Source: Raillietiella orientalis (taxonomy: Eukaryota). From it: 64,000 nucleotides of DNA. The stretch spans positions 434,001 to 498,000 of the forward strand of contig JAYWIR010000015.1 of NCBI GenBank assembly GCA_036172245.1, written 5' to 3'. Of this stretch, positions 36,701 through 51,100 are shown one piece after another. A program made the translations under genes and the position numbers. Below the pieces are notes generated by a model. That model ran no database searches. It was given only the letters and a program-made list of their open reading frames with translations, and had not been told where the DNA came from. How positions within the stretch are numbered: position 1 is the stretch's first letter; each line of letters begins with the position of its first letter.

Positions 36701-39700
36701 GGACCACTTGTGGACAACATGGCTAAAATTGCATAGAGTTATTAAGGATGGCCAAAAAGATCCAAGTACAGTTCATCAGAAATGTGAACTGTGGCTTGTT
36801 TTTCTGGAGTAGCAATATATTATTAATAATGAATTTCACCATCATCAGTGTTAAGAACGGCGTTTTCCATTTGAAAAAGTTGCAAAATGATGCTAAGGGA
36901 TTTTCAGTTTAGAGTGCCAAGCGTCGGAAGTATTTAAAATAGTGTTTAAAAAGTAATACTTTCGACGTGTGTTAAGAGATATTTCAATTAGAATGCAAGC
37001 GTTTTCTCCAGCAGGCAAATTAGATCTTGTTATTCATTCTCCAAAGTGATGACTGCCTTGCTTGTCTTTAATTGAGAAATGCTCCGGTACTATAGGCATG
37101 AATGGATATATCATATCATAAGAGAGAAATGGGGTCCATTAAAAAAGCATCTCTGAAAAGGCTCCATGTTTGGCCTACTTTTATAATATTCAACAAATTA
37201 GTTTGTAAACTGTCTCGGTTTCATGTTGCCCTTTCTTTTGTAATTTGTAACAGGTTCTGACGTTCATTCTTTCTAATGCACCGCCTTTGAAAGAAGAGAT
37301 GTCATTTACATCTGCTATTTGGAAACTTGTGGAGATTTCTTTGAGCTGCGGTTTTGAATTTCAGTGTTGCCTCCTCATGAATCGTTCAGATGGTCTGATT
37401 TGTTTCTGGATGCATTTTTCGTTTAGTTGAGCAGAAAAAGCAATCACACTGTCGCAGAAAATCTCATTCCTGATTTGAAGCATATGTGATGAAGGACCGT
37501 AGCAAAAGAAACCGTGAAGAAAATTAAGAAATGAAATTGCTGTTAGCGATCACAGGAAGAGAACTTCCATCGAATATTGCTTCCTTGAGTTCGTTCTCCC
37601 TATGTCTGCAAGAAAAAAAAAACACCTTCACGCTTAAAAAGTTTTAAACTACTTTCGACCTCGATTTTGATTACGAGCTTCTATATCATGTATTCAATTG
37701 GATAGTATACATCTATTAGGTTGAGATTAGCGATGTATTGAAGAGGGAAGGTTCTCGCCCTATTCTCATGATCCTCAAGGAGGATTCTCATGTTTTTTTA
37801 CTATATAGAAAGCCAACTGACGGCTATTCGAAATTTGGCTTACATGCAGTCGGCTGGCTATTGCACCCCCTGCTTCTTGAGTTGAAGAAAGTTTTCAATT
37901 AAAAATCTTTTTTCGATGTAGGATTCGAGTTGATGAGGGCATGCTTCCATGACTGCTGATGGTAAACTAATGAATTTATTTAATTGACACTTATTTGGAA
38001 GATTAGATGGAACTAATATCCATTATCCCAATGTTGCCTCACGATATCCACCTTGTAATATCGAGTGAGGGTGCAGTGTCGACTCGCTTCTGACTACTTA
38101 TCATCAGAAATTCAAAAAACAGCAAGATGGCTTATTGTAATAGAGAAATTGTAGAGTATGTCAAATTTTTAAAAAGTTCTTTGAATAGTCAGAATTTATT
38201 TACCAAGACACTGATTGCAGTAAAGAATCGTATTTCACCTCGAATCATGTTCCATGTAATTCAAAATATTGCAAGCTTGTATTTACAGCCACACCTAGAT
38301 CGAAGGTTAAAAAGAGGCATGAAGTTTTTTCGATTTTTCGATTATGTAAATTGGCATGCAGTCGAAAGGAGTGTACATTGTCAGCAGCATGCTTTTCACC
38401 GTACTTTGTCCTATGGAACAACAACCATGAAATGTCATCTATCAAATAGAAACATCATGACATACAAAAATTGAAAGCATCCCTTAAAAAACACGCAATC
38501 TTGAAAGTGTGAGGCGAGAGATTTCAAACGTGGGCATAAAAATGTTCAAATCAAGAAATCAAGGATTAATTAGTAATGCCAAATATATTTCGGTTAGATA
38601 TATGTTTCGTGAAAGACAAATTGTAAACACAAAAGGAATAATAGGAAGAACGTTGATTCCGTGGAACACCACGTAACAGTTTGCATTGAAAGAATTTTGT
38701 GTTCTTATAAGTGGGTCAGATCGTGAAAATTTTCGAACGGAGTCCTTGGATTGAATTTCCTGTTGGAGATCGTATTCCAAGTCACTTGTTATAATTTGCA
38801 ACTGTCTGCATGCGATTCTGTCGCACAGTACGGTTGGTTATCGCAAGAATCTGATTGATAACCATAAAATAAAATGAAGCCATGATGCTTTCATCATGGC
38901 TTCATTGTGGAATCAGCGAGATGATCCTCCAGTTCTTTGTATTTGTCTCCCAACCAATATACGAAAATCTTGTGTACTTCTAAACGAAAATACAAATATA
39001 ACTTTTTTGTCTATTAGTTGGAATATATATATTGAGATTAACGTACACAATTGTTCAGACTATGTTTTGGTTGATTTCCTATTTGGATCCCTGTTTCTTG
39101 ATATTCACGAAAATTTACTGCAGCAGCAAAAAATATCCCTGCACTTTCTTAAATTTGATTCAACAAAACGAGCTGTACATGCCGAACTTATGAACTTATG
39201 TAAAACAGATATGCGTTATGTTTCCTTTCAGTTACTTAATGGAACTGATTTGTTCACTATTTATTTATTTATTTTCAATTATGAAGCAACATCTCCGCGT
39301 GCGACATATCAAACATAGCGCCGGTTGATCCAGGTTTTGTCGATTTCAGAGATGCCATTATCAAATGTTGCTTCCGTTTGATACGAATTTCAAATGAAAG
39401 CTGATTAAGGGGAAGATCACGTAACTTCTGCTTATTCTTGTGTTAATGTATAGAACCCATAGCATTTTTATAAACTGTGAAATATATTGCTATTATTTAG
39501 ACAACGCAATCGAAATGTGAGACAAAAATGTTAACTTGCTAGAATCAGTACCATGTGTTTGCATTCCGAAGTGTATTATTATATGTTATTACAGTTCACT
39601 TCATTATGAATAAATGGGCAAAAATGCATTTGTATTTTGAATTCCGGAAGGATATAAATGAATATTAAGGTATGCTTCATTGCGTTAAGCATTTGCTTGT

Positions 39701-42700
39701 CTCAGAATATGAAAAACTTGACTTATTCTCATGAATTTGACGACTAACTAATGTCAGAGCCAAACTGGTACTTCATCGAGATTTACATAAAGAACACACT
39801 AGTTAGGAAAGGAAAAAAAAACACACACCAGAAATGTAGGTTGCACTTTTCAATTACGCTCCTAAGGTTAATATAGTTTTCTGCCTGGCTCACACTACTA
39901 TGATTATGTGTTTTCATCTCTCGCTTCCTTGTAATTAATTCCTATTGCCAATTAACATTTCCTGAATCAATTACTGCTACTTGTACGAAGTTCTGCATCA
40001 GAGATGTCATGCTTACAAATATAATGGAGTCTATCGATTTGAGGATTTTATTAAAACTGATGGTAAAGAAAAGATTCATTTAGAACCAACGAATCGAATA
40101 ATCTCGTTCAAAGAAATGTGTTCGAAAAATGAGCCAATTCTATTTATAATACTGTGATTTGTTATCGTAAAAGGAATGAAAAGCTAAGACACTAGGAACT
40201 GAAATTTCCAAACTGAAATTTCGAAAATTCCTTATATCTAGTTCAACTTGAGAATAATATGCTGGCACACCTCCTTATCAAGGTTTATTAAGACTGATAG
40301 CTAATCGGATATTTCATTTTGGTTCATGTTATGTCGATTGCACGAAGTATCCAAATAGTCTGATGTATTTGTATTCAGAAACGAATAGGAGTCCAAGAGT
40401 CATCGAATGAATTCAATTCAATAGGGTTTGATTTGTACAACTTTACAGCAATGCTTATCAATGGATGCATACTTCGTTTTGAAGTTTAGTTGTTTGTAAT
40501 TGCAAGGACTGAGGGTAGCAAAAACGAAATATATGGAAATAATTCCGAACATAACATTTGTAAGTTTCGTTACACCAAACCAAGAGTGAAGAAGCAAAGC
40601 GATCTGCAGAAAGGCGGAAGGATTTCAGAGCTGGACGAGATTAAAAAAATGAATAGATGGGATGTTTTTTCTCCATTCCGTATGCTGGAGCAAATGTGTG
40701 CCTATTTATCTACTGATTTCTAGTTATTTGTTTATTATTCTCTCTGGAAATCCATTTCAGAACGACGGAACTTTCTCGATTCGTTGATTCGGCATTCAAT
40801 CCCTGAAGTCCCATTAAGTTAAATGCATGTTTCCATAAATGCTGCGATTCAATAGGTGATCAGTCAACAGCTAAGGTCACCTTAGCTGTTGTTAACGGTT
40901 GCCTTGGCAAAATAACAATCTCATCTTTCAGATCTTGGAAGTTTTGGACAGCCTAATGATCTCATAAGCAAGGTGAATAATAATGTAATCATGAAGCAAT
41001 CTAATATGATCGTCTCCTATACCTATGGCATCTCTGCCATGCTATCTTCAGCTAATGAAATTCGCATAAAAACAAAGAGGAGCTTTAGAAAAGAAGAGAA
41101 AGCTTCGTTCTGTTTCGTTTTTCCTGAGCATTGCTGTGTTAACATGCTTCCCAGGATCAGAAGATCCGCACTGCCTAATCTGATTCTCTATTATGTGCAT
41201 GTGAGGACCAGCGTCAAATAATGTGATCCTTTCTATTTCAGTATGATTTCCCTCTTCTCTGCACTGAAATCGCATTTATCAGAACAATTTGCACTGTCGA
41301 GTTGCAATAAATGCGATTCAGTCTGTTGACAACTTCCCTCTAAGAAATTTGTCGATCTATCTATCTATCTAAGAGTGAGTATTGCATTGGCTGAACCTAC
41401 ATGTCCTTCCGATGGAAAATTTTCGAATGTAAACAAACCCAATGACTGCTTCGAAGTGATTCCACAATTAAGCATAATTATTTAAATAAGTCACCTAACA
41501 AGAAATGAAGTTTTCAGAGAAAACAACAAGCCAGAACATAAATCTAGTTATTTTGCAGCAGTATTTCAGAAAGCAATAACCAGTTGAGATGGTGAAAAAT
41601 TTCCACATCAATAAAGACGATTGATTTGAGTTGATTTTCCACATCAACTTTAGCACGCAACTTTCCCATCTCCATTGGGGGCGGAAGGAAATACCATCTA
41701 ACAGGCACACTCAAAAAGGCATCCTTATGTCGAATTCGGGACTATTTCGGATTAAGAGGAAGACATTTAGGATATATGAGTCTTCGTTTATTGCTGGAAA
41801 ACTCATCCGACCTGAAACAAATGCTTCATGGCTTCAGGGTCTCTTATCTCTGGAATGAATTCAAAAATTATGCCTTCTACACAAGGAAGTTCCTTTCCTA
41901 AGGATTGATTTGATAGTTCCAGGGAACGATGATCTCTTATTTGTCTTATTTTATAATACAGGTTAAAGAAGGAAACTGTTCTATAAATCTTATACACTTA
42001 CAGAACAGTTTCTACGGTCAATGTAGCCAATGGAAACAGATTTTGTGTTGTAGCTTTGCGCTAGTCATCCAGCAATAAATGAAGACTATCATTCAAATGT
42101 GAAGGAATATTTTTCTTCTTGGAAACTCAGCATGTGCTCTCTTCTACCAATGGTAATAGCTTGGTTTAGCTCAGCTAAATGGAACTGAAACTACTCTCTT
42201 ATTCTCTGTTAAAAAGTGTACTATCCTTGCTAAATCCACCCACATCAGATAACTTACACTTATGTACTTCTTCGGAATGCGGAGATCAACTCAGCGCTAT
42301 GCCTCACATACGATTTTCGATATCTCGAACTGAAACCATCCTGTGGCATCTGATTTTTTTTTCCTCGACACAGAATTTCATATAGGATGGTGCGGTACGT
42401 GATGGTTGCTCTGTGCTCTGTGCTCAGTTTCGTGTTCCTGATTTCCTTTCCATTTTTGCTAGGATCCCGAGTATTCCGTTTCCTGTTCCTCGGAAGGGTT
42501 TTGAATGGTCTCCTGCATCAACTTGCAAGGTAGCCAAAGCAGCCTGGGTAGCAGAACTACTCGAGGATCCTATTTTAATGACAAGTCGATGTGCGGGAAG
42601 GTGCGTTTGAACCTCGAGTTTCACACATGAAACGTCTTACAATTAATAGTCGTTTTACATATTTTTAATGCAGTATCACGCATGGTGAGTCGGTGGAAGT

Positions 42701-42955
42701 GTCAGTCCATAAGAATCGAATGAATGGGGGGAACTTGGACTTCGTACACCGAACTTGCGCATTTGTTCAGCTTTTATTTAGGGCAATCCTCAATTATCAG
42801 AGATCATGGGAAACATCAGTGATGAGTTGTTTGGATGGAAATCGCTACAAGTGTCTTGTGGATGGAGCATTCGTAACTATTTTCCGAATTACATGGTAAA
42901 CAGATACGTTCCTGGAACTCTGCAAATCCATTCATGTGCATTCGATTTGGAGCAG

Positions 42956-42957
<2 letters not shown>

Positions 42958-42996
<39 letters not shown>
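42958..42996. repeat. Abutting poly(T)-poly(A) homopolymer
   Basis: T run followed directly by a longer A run. Confidence 0.8.
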
Positions 42997-43503
42997 CACA
43001 TCAGTGATGATAGGAGACATAAAAATCTATATACTGCCTTGTACTTTACGTATATGATTAGAAAACTTTAAGTTTGAATTGCAGCGCTCTCTCCGCTATT
43101 AAAGGAATTTCGTGATAATCATACCATCTCGAAGATCTTGATGAAGTATGATTGAATTTCAGTTCTTCCAGTTCCGAAAATGCATTTGAATATTCACTTG
43201 TAAATCTTAATAACAAACAAATTATATTCTCATTTGATTGCTTTACTGAACAGTTTCAGAAAGGGTGGAGGGCGTTGTAGAGAGAACGCAATTCACAGAA
43301 ATAGACGAGTGTATCTTTAACGAGGTTTTGCATTGGATCAAATATAATTGAATCATTATTTTGTTATCAAAATAAAAAAACTAAGTTAATAAAAAAAAGT
43401 CTTATATCATGTCTGTATAAAGCTCTTTTCTCTAAAACCTATTTTTCAATTCAGCCAGATTTCCTTGAATACTGAGTGATCAATATCAGCTTGTTCAACA
43501 CTC

Positions 43504-45181
43504 AAGATCCAAGTAATACTAAATGGCATGTTTCATTAGAAAGCACAGAATGTTTTCATCAAAAAAGCAGACCCATCAGAAATTTTGATCACGTTCACAG
43601 ATGAAAATAAGATATCGAAAAGGAATGGAATGCCATGCATTTATTTAACTGTTCTCTAGATGGACTGGATCTATGCATCGTCAAAAGGATTCTCAGTGAT
43701 TTGAAATTCATCCAAATTTCTGTAACATTCTTTCTTCTTAGATGAGAATGCAAGTGTTTGATTCACTTTGTTGCCACACTGATTTCTATCAGGCTCTAAT
43801 TAACAATTAAGAAAACCGTATTTGCATCCAGAGAATTAGAACACTGCATACACGTAACAGATGTGCCAGATATTCAAAAATTGATTCGTGTATTCTTTTG
43901 AAAAAGTAAATGTTTTCAACTTTACTGGATAATTTGTTAATATGACAGATATTTTTAATGCAATCACAGCACAGCATACTAAACTTTTGGATAAATTTGT
44001 TTTTTTTTCTTTCCCTTTCCCGAGTGCAGTCTCTAGCAAGCATACTGGGGACTTTTCTGCCGACAGCGAAAATTATGCTGAAATTTGAGTCCCGTGAACA
44101 TCTGGTAGTCTATGCGAGAACTTCGCATGTCTTGACACTATTTCTATTGATCTTTCTAGCACTTTTGTATCGTAAAAATTGATTCACTTTGAATACTTGT
44201 TAAGTGTGTTCTTAGGCGTCACCAAGAATTCTGATTTTCTAGATTATTCGAGCGGAATCCCTGTTTAATCGTATGGTTGTGTGGCAGTCTCAGCTTTCTT
44301 TTTCTTTCAAAAAAAAAACACAAGATCCAGCGATTACTAGCAATCAATATTGATGCCGACCGTCTTGCGTTACATATTTCTACTTAACAATCTCTATTTC
44401 TGGCTAATCTCAATTCAAGTTTAATCATAAGAGCCATCGTACATACATCCTATCCAGGCATTGAAAATTCTGCACGTTAATAGGAATAATGTAGTGAAGT
44501 CTAATCGTTTATTTTCTGATGCTATTCTAAATACGAAATCTAAATGGTTTCAGAAGAAGCGAAAACGAGTGCTTAGGTTCCTGAAGTACACAGTGAAGTA
44601 AGGTTTGAAGATGATCATTAACTAGAAAGAGAACCAGAGGCTAGTCGTTTAAAGTAAATATGAGATCTTTCCTCTGTTGGCTCTGTTAATTTGAAAAAAT
44701 ACGTTCCTTAGAGTGCATTGCAACCCTCGATTTCCTGTGCAATGCACTGGAATCTAAAATTATTTTTTTGCATTTTCAAAGTATTCACAATCGTATACAC
44801 CCTGTAACTTTTCGTTCTTTCAATCCTGATATCTGATTACGTGTATTTAGATGATTCATAAAAATAAAAAAAAATAGTCATAGAGAGAATAGAAAGGAGG
44901 ATTCATGGTTTTATGACATGACACTCAGAATCTGTCAAATATAAACAAAAACAAGGCTTTCGATGTGTTTATACTTTAATTCTTTATTCCGGAATTCTGA
45001 AGACGAAAAAGGTGTCTGCAAACATTTTTTCTAAAAAGATCAATTAATTCATTGCTCAAGACAAAAACTTGCGAACAAATGGACTGCTTTGGGCACTGCA
45101 TTAATGAACATTTTGAAGACCCGAGTAATACTAAATGGCGTGTTCCGTTAAAAAGCACAGAATGTTTTCATCAAAAAAGCA
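43504..45181 (+). repeat. Dispersed 66-bp direct repeat pair (43504-43569 and 45116-45181)
   Basis: 60/66 identical by eye; shared core AAAGCACAGAATGTTTTCATCAAAAAAGCA. Confidence 0.85.
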
Positions 45182-48100
45182 CAATGTTGAATTCCATTAT
45201 TTGTAGCTTTTAATATAGGAGAAAATCAAAGTCCACTCTATCATAGTTCTGAGTACTAAGGAACATTAGAGCATGAAATATTAAATTAAGATTAGTTACT
45301 AAAATAGAACAAACTTCCCAATAAACAGTTCTATTTAAAACTGAAAACAGAGAAATGATGGAATTCAAGAAGGAAAATACCTTGAATTATTTAAATTAAA
45401 CCATAGTCAAATTTATACCAAAACTGTTGTTTGTCTAAACAACATTATGATAAAAATGATTATTTCTTTAAGTTATCCATCTTTCAAGAGATCCGAGTAT
45501 GTCGAAAGTAAAATGCTTGAGGATGATCGAGTACTCTTTTCGAATAAAATTTCTCTAGCTGAATATTCTACAAGCTCAACTCATCTATTTCCTGTTAAGT
45601 CAAGCCTGATAGGTCTAAGGGTCGGCTTGAGCGATTACTTAATTTTAGGTAACATATTAAAATGTCTACTGATTTCTCTGGAGGATAATTATGAGTAGTG
45701 ACATCAAATGATGTAGTGATGTGATCATATAGAAGTCACAGTTTTATTCTAAGCTGACTGCTGATTTTAAATGGAGGGCAGGAAGTGGTTTTTGCAGCGC
45801 CGTGTTTAACATTCGAGTTCTTGGGTGGCACAATGGAACCGTGTGGTTGACAGTATCGACAGACTTAGGATTTTTGTTTTTTCCTTTTTTTTTTTTTTTT
45901 TTTTAACCGTTTGTTCTACCCGTGGTTATGACATTTACATATGAGGTACTGAGTTATTTAGAACACTGCAGTGATTGGAGTGAGCAACTATTGGAAACTT
46001 GAAATTATGTATGAATAATTGAGGTCTAGCATAAGAATTGGCGTACCAGGAATCAGATTTCAAATGGTAAATGTTGATGTTTATGAATAAATTGTTTTAG
46101 TTGATAACTTGGGAGTTATCAAAACAATTAATATTCTGGTATATGTGGTGAATGAATAAAAGGTGAAGGAAAAATCTAGTCGATTAAAGGTAAAAGGACG
46201 GGAGTATTACGTTAGTTTAATAAGTGAATTTCCACCAGTTGTGAAACGAGCAAATACCAGTTATTTTGTATTGAAGTAGAGTTTCAATTTAACTTTATTT
46301 ACACATTTGGTATAGAACAAAAAAGCAAAGTTGGAGCATTGCTAGCTGTTGATTGCAAACTTAATTCTCACGTGGAGGTTCAGTAATTCCTAGTAGTTCA
46401 TGTGCATTGATAGAACGTGCACTTGCCGAATAACAGTAAATTTTCCCGATGAGATCTTGAAATGTTTAGATTTTCCAGATGCAATCAAAGTGATTCTGAA
46501 AGACAGGTGTTGAATGTAATCTACAGAGGAGAGTATAGTAGCATTCTGTTCTACATCGATCAGTGGATTAGTTTCTATTTGTAGCTTTTCTTGAATTCCT
46601 CTAGTTTAAAAGAATTCATGAGCTGGACTTATGTTTTAGCATGGAAAGGCTTGGCCTTGATAGCAACTGTGGATGGTAAAGTGTTAGCATTAGGTATGTT
46701 GTATGTACGCTAAGTCAAATGAGAATTTCAGATTTTAGCACTGAGCACAGGTTCAGAAAGTTAGAAATGAGTGTTGTGTAACATATAGGTGATGGGTTAA
46801 AACTAGTAAAAGGCACAACAGACAAGCAGGAATAAGTTGGGTTATTACATGAGACTATGGATTATGTTGAGGCTTACAAAGGAGATGGTGGGAACATCAC
46901 ATTAGTGACTCTTAGTGAAGAATGGGATTGAATTTATGATGTTTTTCAAATTTTCTCATGTTTTTTGTGTATTTGTGGCTGAGATTTGCATGGAATTTAA
47001 GGTAAGGTGAATGTGCAATAGGAAATTAGATGTCTAATGGTAATTGGTTCAGTGGTAGCATAAATAATTTCTTATGAAATGTGCACATTTTTATTCTGAA
47101 TGTTTTGCATGCAGTAGAGGATTGGTTTCTAGTATGCCATGTAAACTAAATAGTGTTTAGGAGGATTTAGTGGATGAATAGACTACAGTTCATGTAAATA
47201 TGTTGGTTTCAGTGTATTAATTGGGCCTAATCATCTGTTGCTCTATTTGAAGGATTCTGTATGGAGATCTTTATATGTTCTTGTGAAGTGCAAGGGTAGT
47301 GTTCTCTGAGTGAGTGTTTACTTTTAATTGATTTAGAGTTCTGACAAGAATCCAGGTTGTAATCTTAGTTATTCAAGTTTCAGCATTTCAGTTTCAGTGT
47401 CTTTTTGATGGAACAAAATGCTTTGGATAGAATTCAGTGTTTGATAGCAGTAATAAAGGGCACAGATTCACAGTGATTCTGTTTCTTAGGAGCTTCCAAC
47501 TCACATTTTTTTCAAGTTACTAAAAATGAAATGCAATGAAAAATTCAAAGTAGGGCTTGGATTTCATGATGTTATTTACCATTCCAACTTTGATTGGTTT
47601 CCAAAATCAGTGGACCCTAAAAAACCTATCAGCGAATTAGTGTACAATTTAAACGTTAAAGATCAATTGGGAATCCGTAATGGAAATTAATTTGGAATTT
47701 TGTGTGTTTCAAGATTATACATTGAGTGATGAATGTGTGACCTGTGATGTGTATATATGAAAACTGATGCTAAATGGCAGGAAAAGTGTGGGCAATGCTA
47801 GTCATTCAGTTAGTGGTAGTGTATAAGTAATTGACTGGATTATAGTTCGATAGCAAGTGACGTAAAAGAAGAGTGGCATAGGAAAATTCTTCTGATAAGG
47901 AAGAGATTAAAGGCTTAGCATCGGAAAAAATTTGTGAGGTTTTAGTTGATATCCGTCAATTATCTGACACATTTTACATCTTAGACAATGCACTAATCCA
48001 TAACTGTAAAGTTAAAATGAATGGCTGACAATCATGATTGGGTGAAAGAGGAGAAAGAAAAATCTGTGACCAAATGAGTAGGATATGCAAAAGTCTCCTC

Positions 48101-51100
48101 ATAAAAGGGTATAATTATGTGGTTGCCAGTCACAAGGAATGCAAGAAATGATTAATTGTTTAGCTTTTCGGAATGATTCTGATCACACTGGTTGTTTTTA
48201 CTTGTTAGGTATTTATCTGGAAACAACCTACATGACGTATTGGGACGTGGACTGGAACTTATATTGACTTTTGGAATTTAAGAAAAATAAAAAATGTATG
48301 TCGGAGATGAATTTCGTGTCAAAAACCTGAAAGATCACCTTCGGCCGCCGTGCTGAAGCATTTTTTTCCTTGCAATTGGTGACTTTTGGTCCAGCTCATC
48401 GTCTTTCGGTTGCATCGGCTAAGATACAGGGAATTCCGGTTATGTAGCCCATCGGTTAATCGGGGAGGCCGTTTATGTGGGACAACTCTTCAAGAACAAA
48501 ACAGATCGATAAAAATGGCCAGGATTTTCTTCGCTTATTTGGGAACTATGCCGTTTAATCAGCACAGGAGACTGCGGCGTTTGACATTTCCCCTATCCCT
48601 CCGAGGTATACTCAGCCTTGATAGGCAGGAAGCCTGGTTTTGCATACCCCTCCCTTTGCTTTCCCTCGGCTCCGTCCCCACGCGTGTGAATGACTGGTCT
48701 TACTGACCCCGGTCCATCTTCTCGCCGACTTACGGCGAACAGCATCCAACCAGATTCAGTTGCCTGCGCTTGTGTCGTGATTGATCCTGAGCAGACACCG
48801 AATCACGAAGTTTAGAGGGCTTTTTGCAGTGATTCTGACGGTCTCGTTTCTCCTTCTAACTTTTCTAAATTTGAGCCTTGCCAAGGTGTTGCGGAAAGAT
48901 TTGGCGCTTGGCGAAAGAATTGCCGTGCTGGTCTGAATCAAGGTCACCTGCTTCATACCAGACGTCGTCGTCCATCGGAAATAACCAGAGTATCGAAAAC
49001 TACTGCACGCTTGCAACACCGGCAAAATAAACTTCCAGCAGAATGGGTGTTGCGCGAAGGACAAGGAGGAAACATCCGCGGAATGGAAGCGTCGAGTTCA
49101 GGCTCCCTACGTTGTGGAGACCTTCCGGCAGCGGGTTTTTAAGTAACAGATGGTCGTGGTTGCTTAGTTGTCTCCGTGGAATCGTAGGCATGAGAACAGA
49201 CTCAAGAAAGCACAAGGTGAGAAACATAGTGCCGATGCTGCTGTAAATGCAAAAGCATGGGGGTGTAAGATACTGCCCAATTTAGCCCAGAGGGTTTCGT
49301 GCAGAAGACATCTACGTTGCCGATGGAACAGCCCTGTTTCATCGAGCGACGTCGAGTGCTTTCCCTGCTACAAACACGCAACCCTATCGGGTTCAAGGAA
49401 AGCAAGGGATCATATAACCGTGTTACGTTCATCAAACATGTCCGCCACCGGCAAACGGAAGCGGTTGGTTACAGTGTACCGGTTGCACACTACACTAGCA
49501 AGAATGCGTGGATAAATTTCCGAGATTTTAAAGAAAATGGCTAATGAGATGGGACGTGGAGTCACATGGGAACCAACGAAAGCTCCGCTTCTCGATCATT
49601 ATGGAGCGCATCCTAATTTGAAATGTTCAAAAAAAAAAAAATCCCGGATTTCCGCTTCGTGCAGACGCGGTGGGTATGGGAATCCTGAAAAGATTTGAAA
49701 ACGCTTCTGCGATAAGTCGGCGAACCAAATCCTTGAAGCTACGGAAGAAAATCTACTGGCATCGTCTTCAGTAATTGAGAAGGTGAGTAGAAGGGTTCAA
49801 CTTTTCAGACGGCACAGATTGTCACTGAAAGCTGGTGAGAAGCGAGCTGTAAGACGATTCAGGGCTATTTGGTTCACCTGTTTCGAGCATTCAGGCACGA
49901 AGGTGCCGGAAACAGCCGACAGCAAGTGGGAACCCATCGCAGGAGCAGCAAGCTGCTGGAACTGCGAAGAATATGAAGTTATCGAAATGTCACAACGAAG
50001 GTGAAGAATGTTACGATGCCAGTCATTGAAAGCATTCTATCGAAACACCAAAATGAGGAATTCGGAGGCGATGCATCTGAACTCGAGCAAGTGGCGGTAC
50101 AGAATTCAAAGAGACTTCGTTCCTTCACGCATGAAGGCAATGAAAGGAGTTCATTATGTGCACCAGATGCCCGTGCTGATTCTGTTCAGTCCTAAGAACA
50201 AGGCAAGGTACACGGCATTAATTCCTCTTGTCAGTGACCATCAGGAACTAATAGTCGTGTAGTAAACACACGCAGCATTGTTATTTGTATTAAATGTTTG
50301 AGTGTTTTTTTCTTTAATTTGTTGCATGATCTATTGCAATGGTTTATTGGACTGAAGGACTTTGAGGGCAACGGACTTGCTCTCAGGGCATTCATGGCAT
50401 TGATATTGAGAATAAACGGGAAAGTTCAGCTTGAGGATTGTTGAAACCATTTGACCTGTACCTCACTGCGATACGCAGTTTGTTGCGCAGTGAAATGTCA
50501 AGTCTCCTTTATTTTGCACATTAATTTGCATACCTGGGGCAGCTGGACCGAAATGTACGGTTCCGGTATCAATTTAGCCTGTATCTTGAGAATATGTCAC
50601 TGCGTGTCGAAATCGAGACTTCTTCCACAGAAACATCATTAGCAAGTTGGCAGCGTAGAGTGTTTTTGTAATTGCCCTTTTTCTGGTCTCGATGGTTTGC
50701 TAGCTACTTGAGAGTGACTTGATAGTTCCGTAAAGATAGTTTATTCTCATTAACGACGATTGAATGACAGTAAACAACAGCCTGCCAACGGGTTCAGCTG
50801 CAGTATCGGAATTCACAGGGGAGCCTTGCGGCCGCTCAAAGGAATGTGGCAGACAATCAAAGGCTGTGCAGAACACGGCATGGAGGTCCTAGAGAAGTGC
50901 TATTGCCGGGGGAGGCTGGCAAGCGTACATGCGGTCTTTCAGTCCCGGAACCTGAGTGTACTTTTTCCGAAGAGATCCGGGACGAGAAGCTCTCCGTGCT
51001 GAAGAATGAGGATGCTGTGTGAACTCTGCATCCTTGAAATGCAGGAAGGATGGTAGGACGGGGTCTCATTTTGAATCAACTTGGAGAGAGAACGGGGCGC

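Noticed and set aside
36300..42650. Scattered exon-like minus-strand fragments
   Set aside because: Could not be joined into a coherent ORF; no homology recognised.
47726..47767. C/D-box snoRNA candidate (GTGATGA...CTGA)
   Set aside because: Only about 42 nt from box C to box D, weak terminal stem, no recognised rRNA guide.
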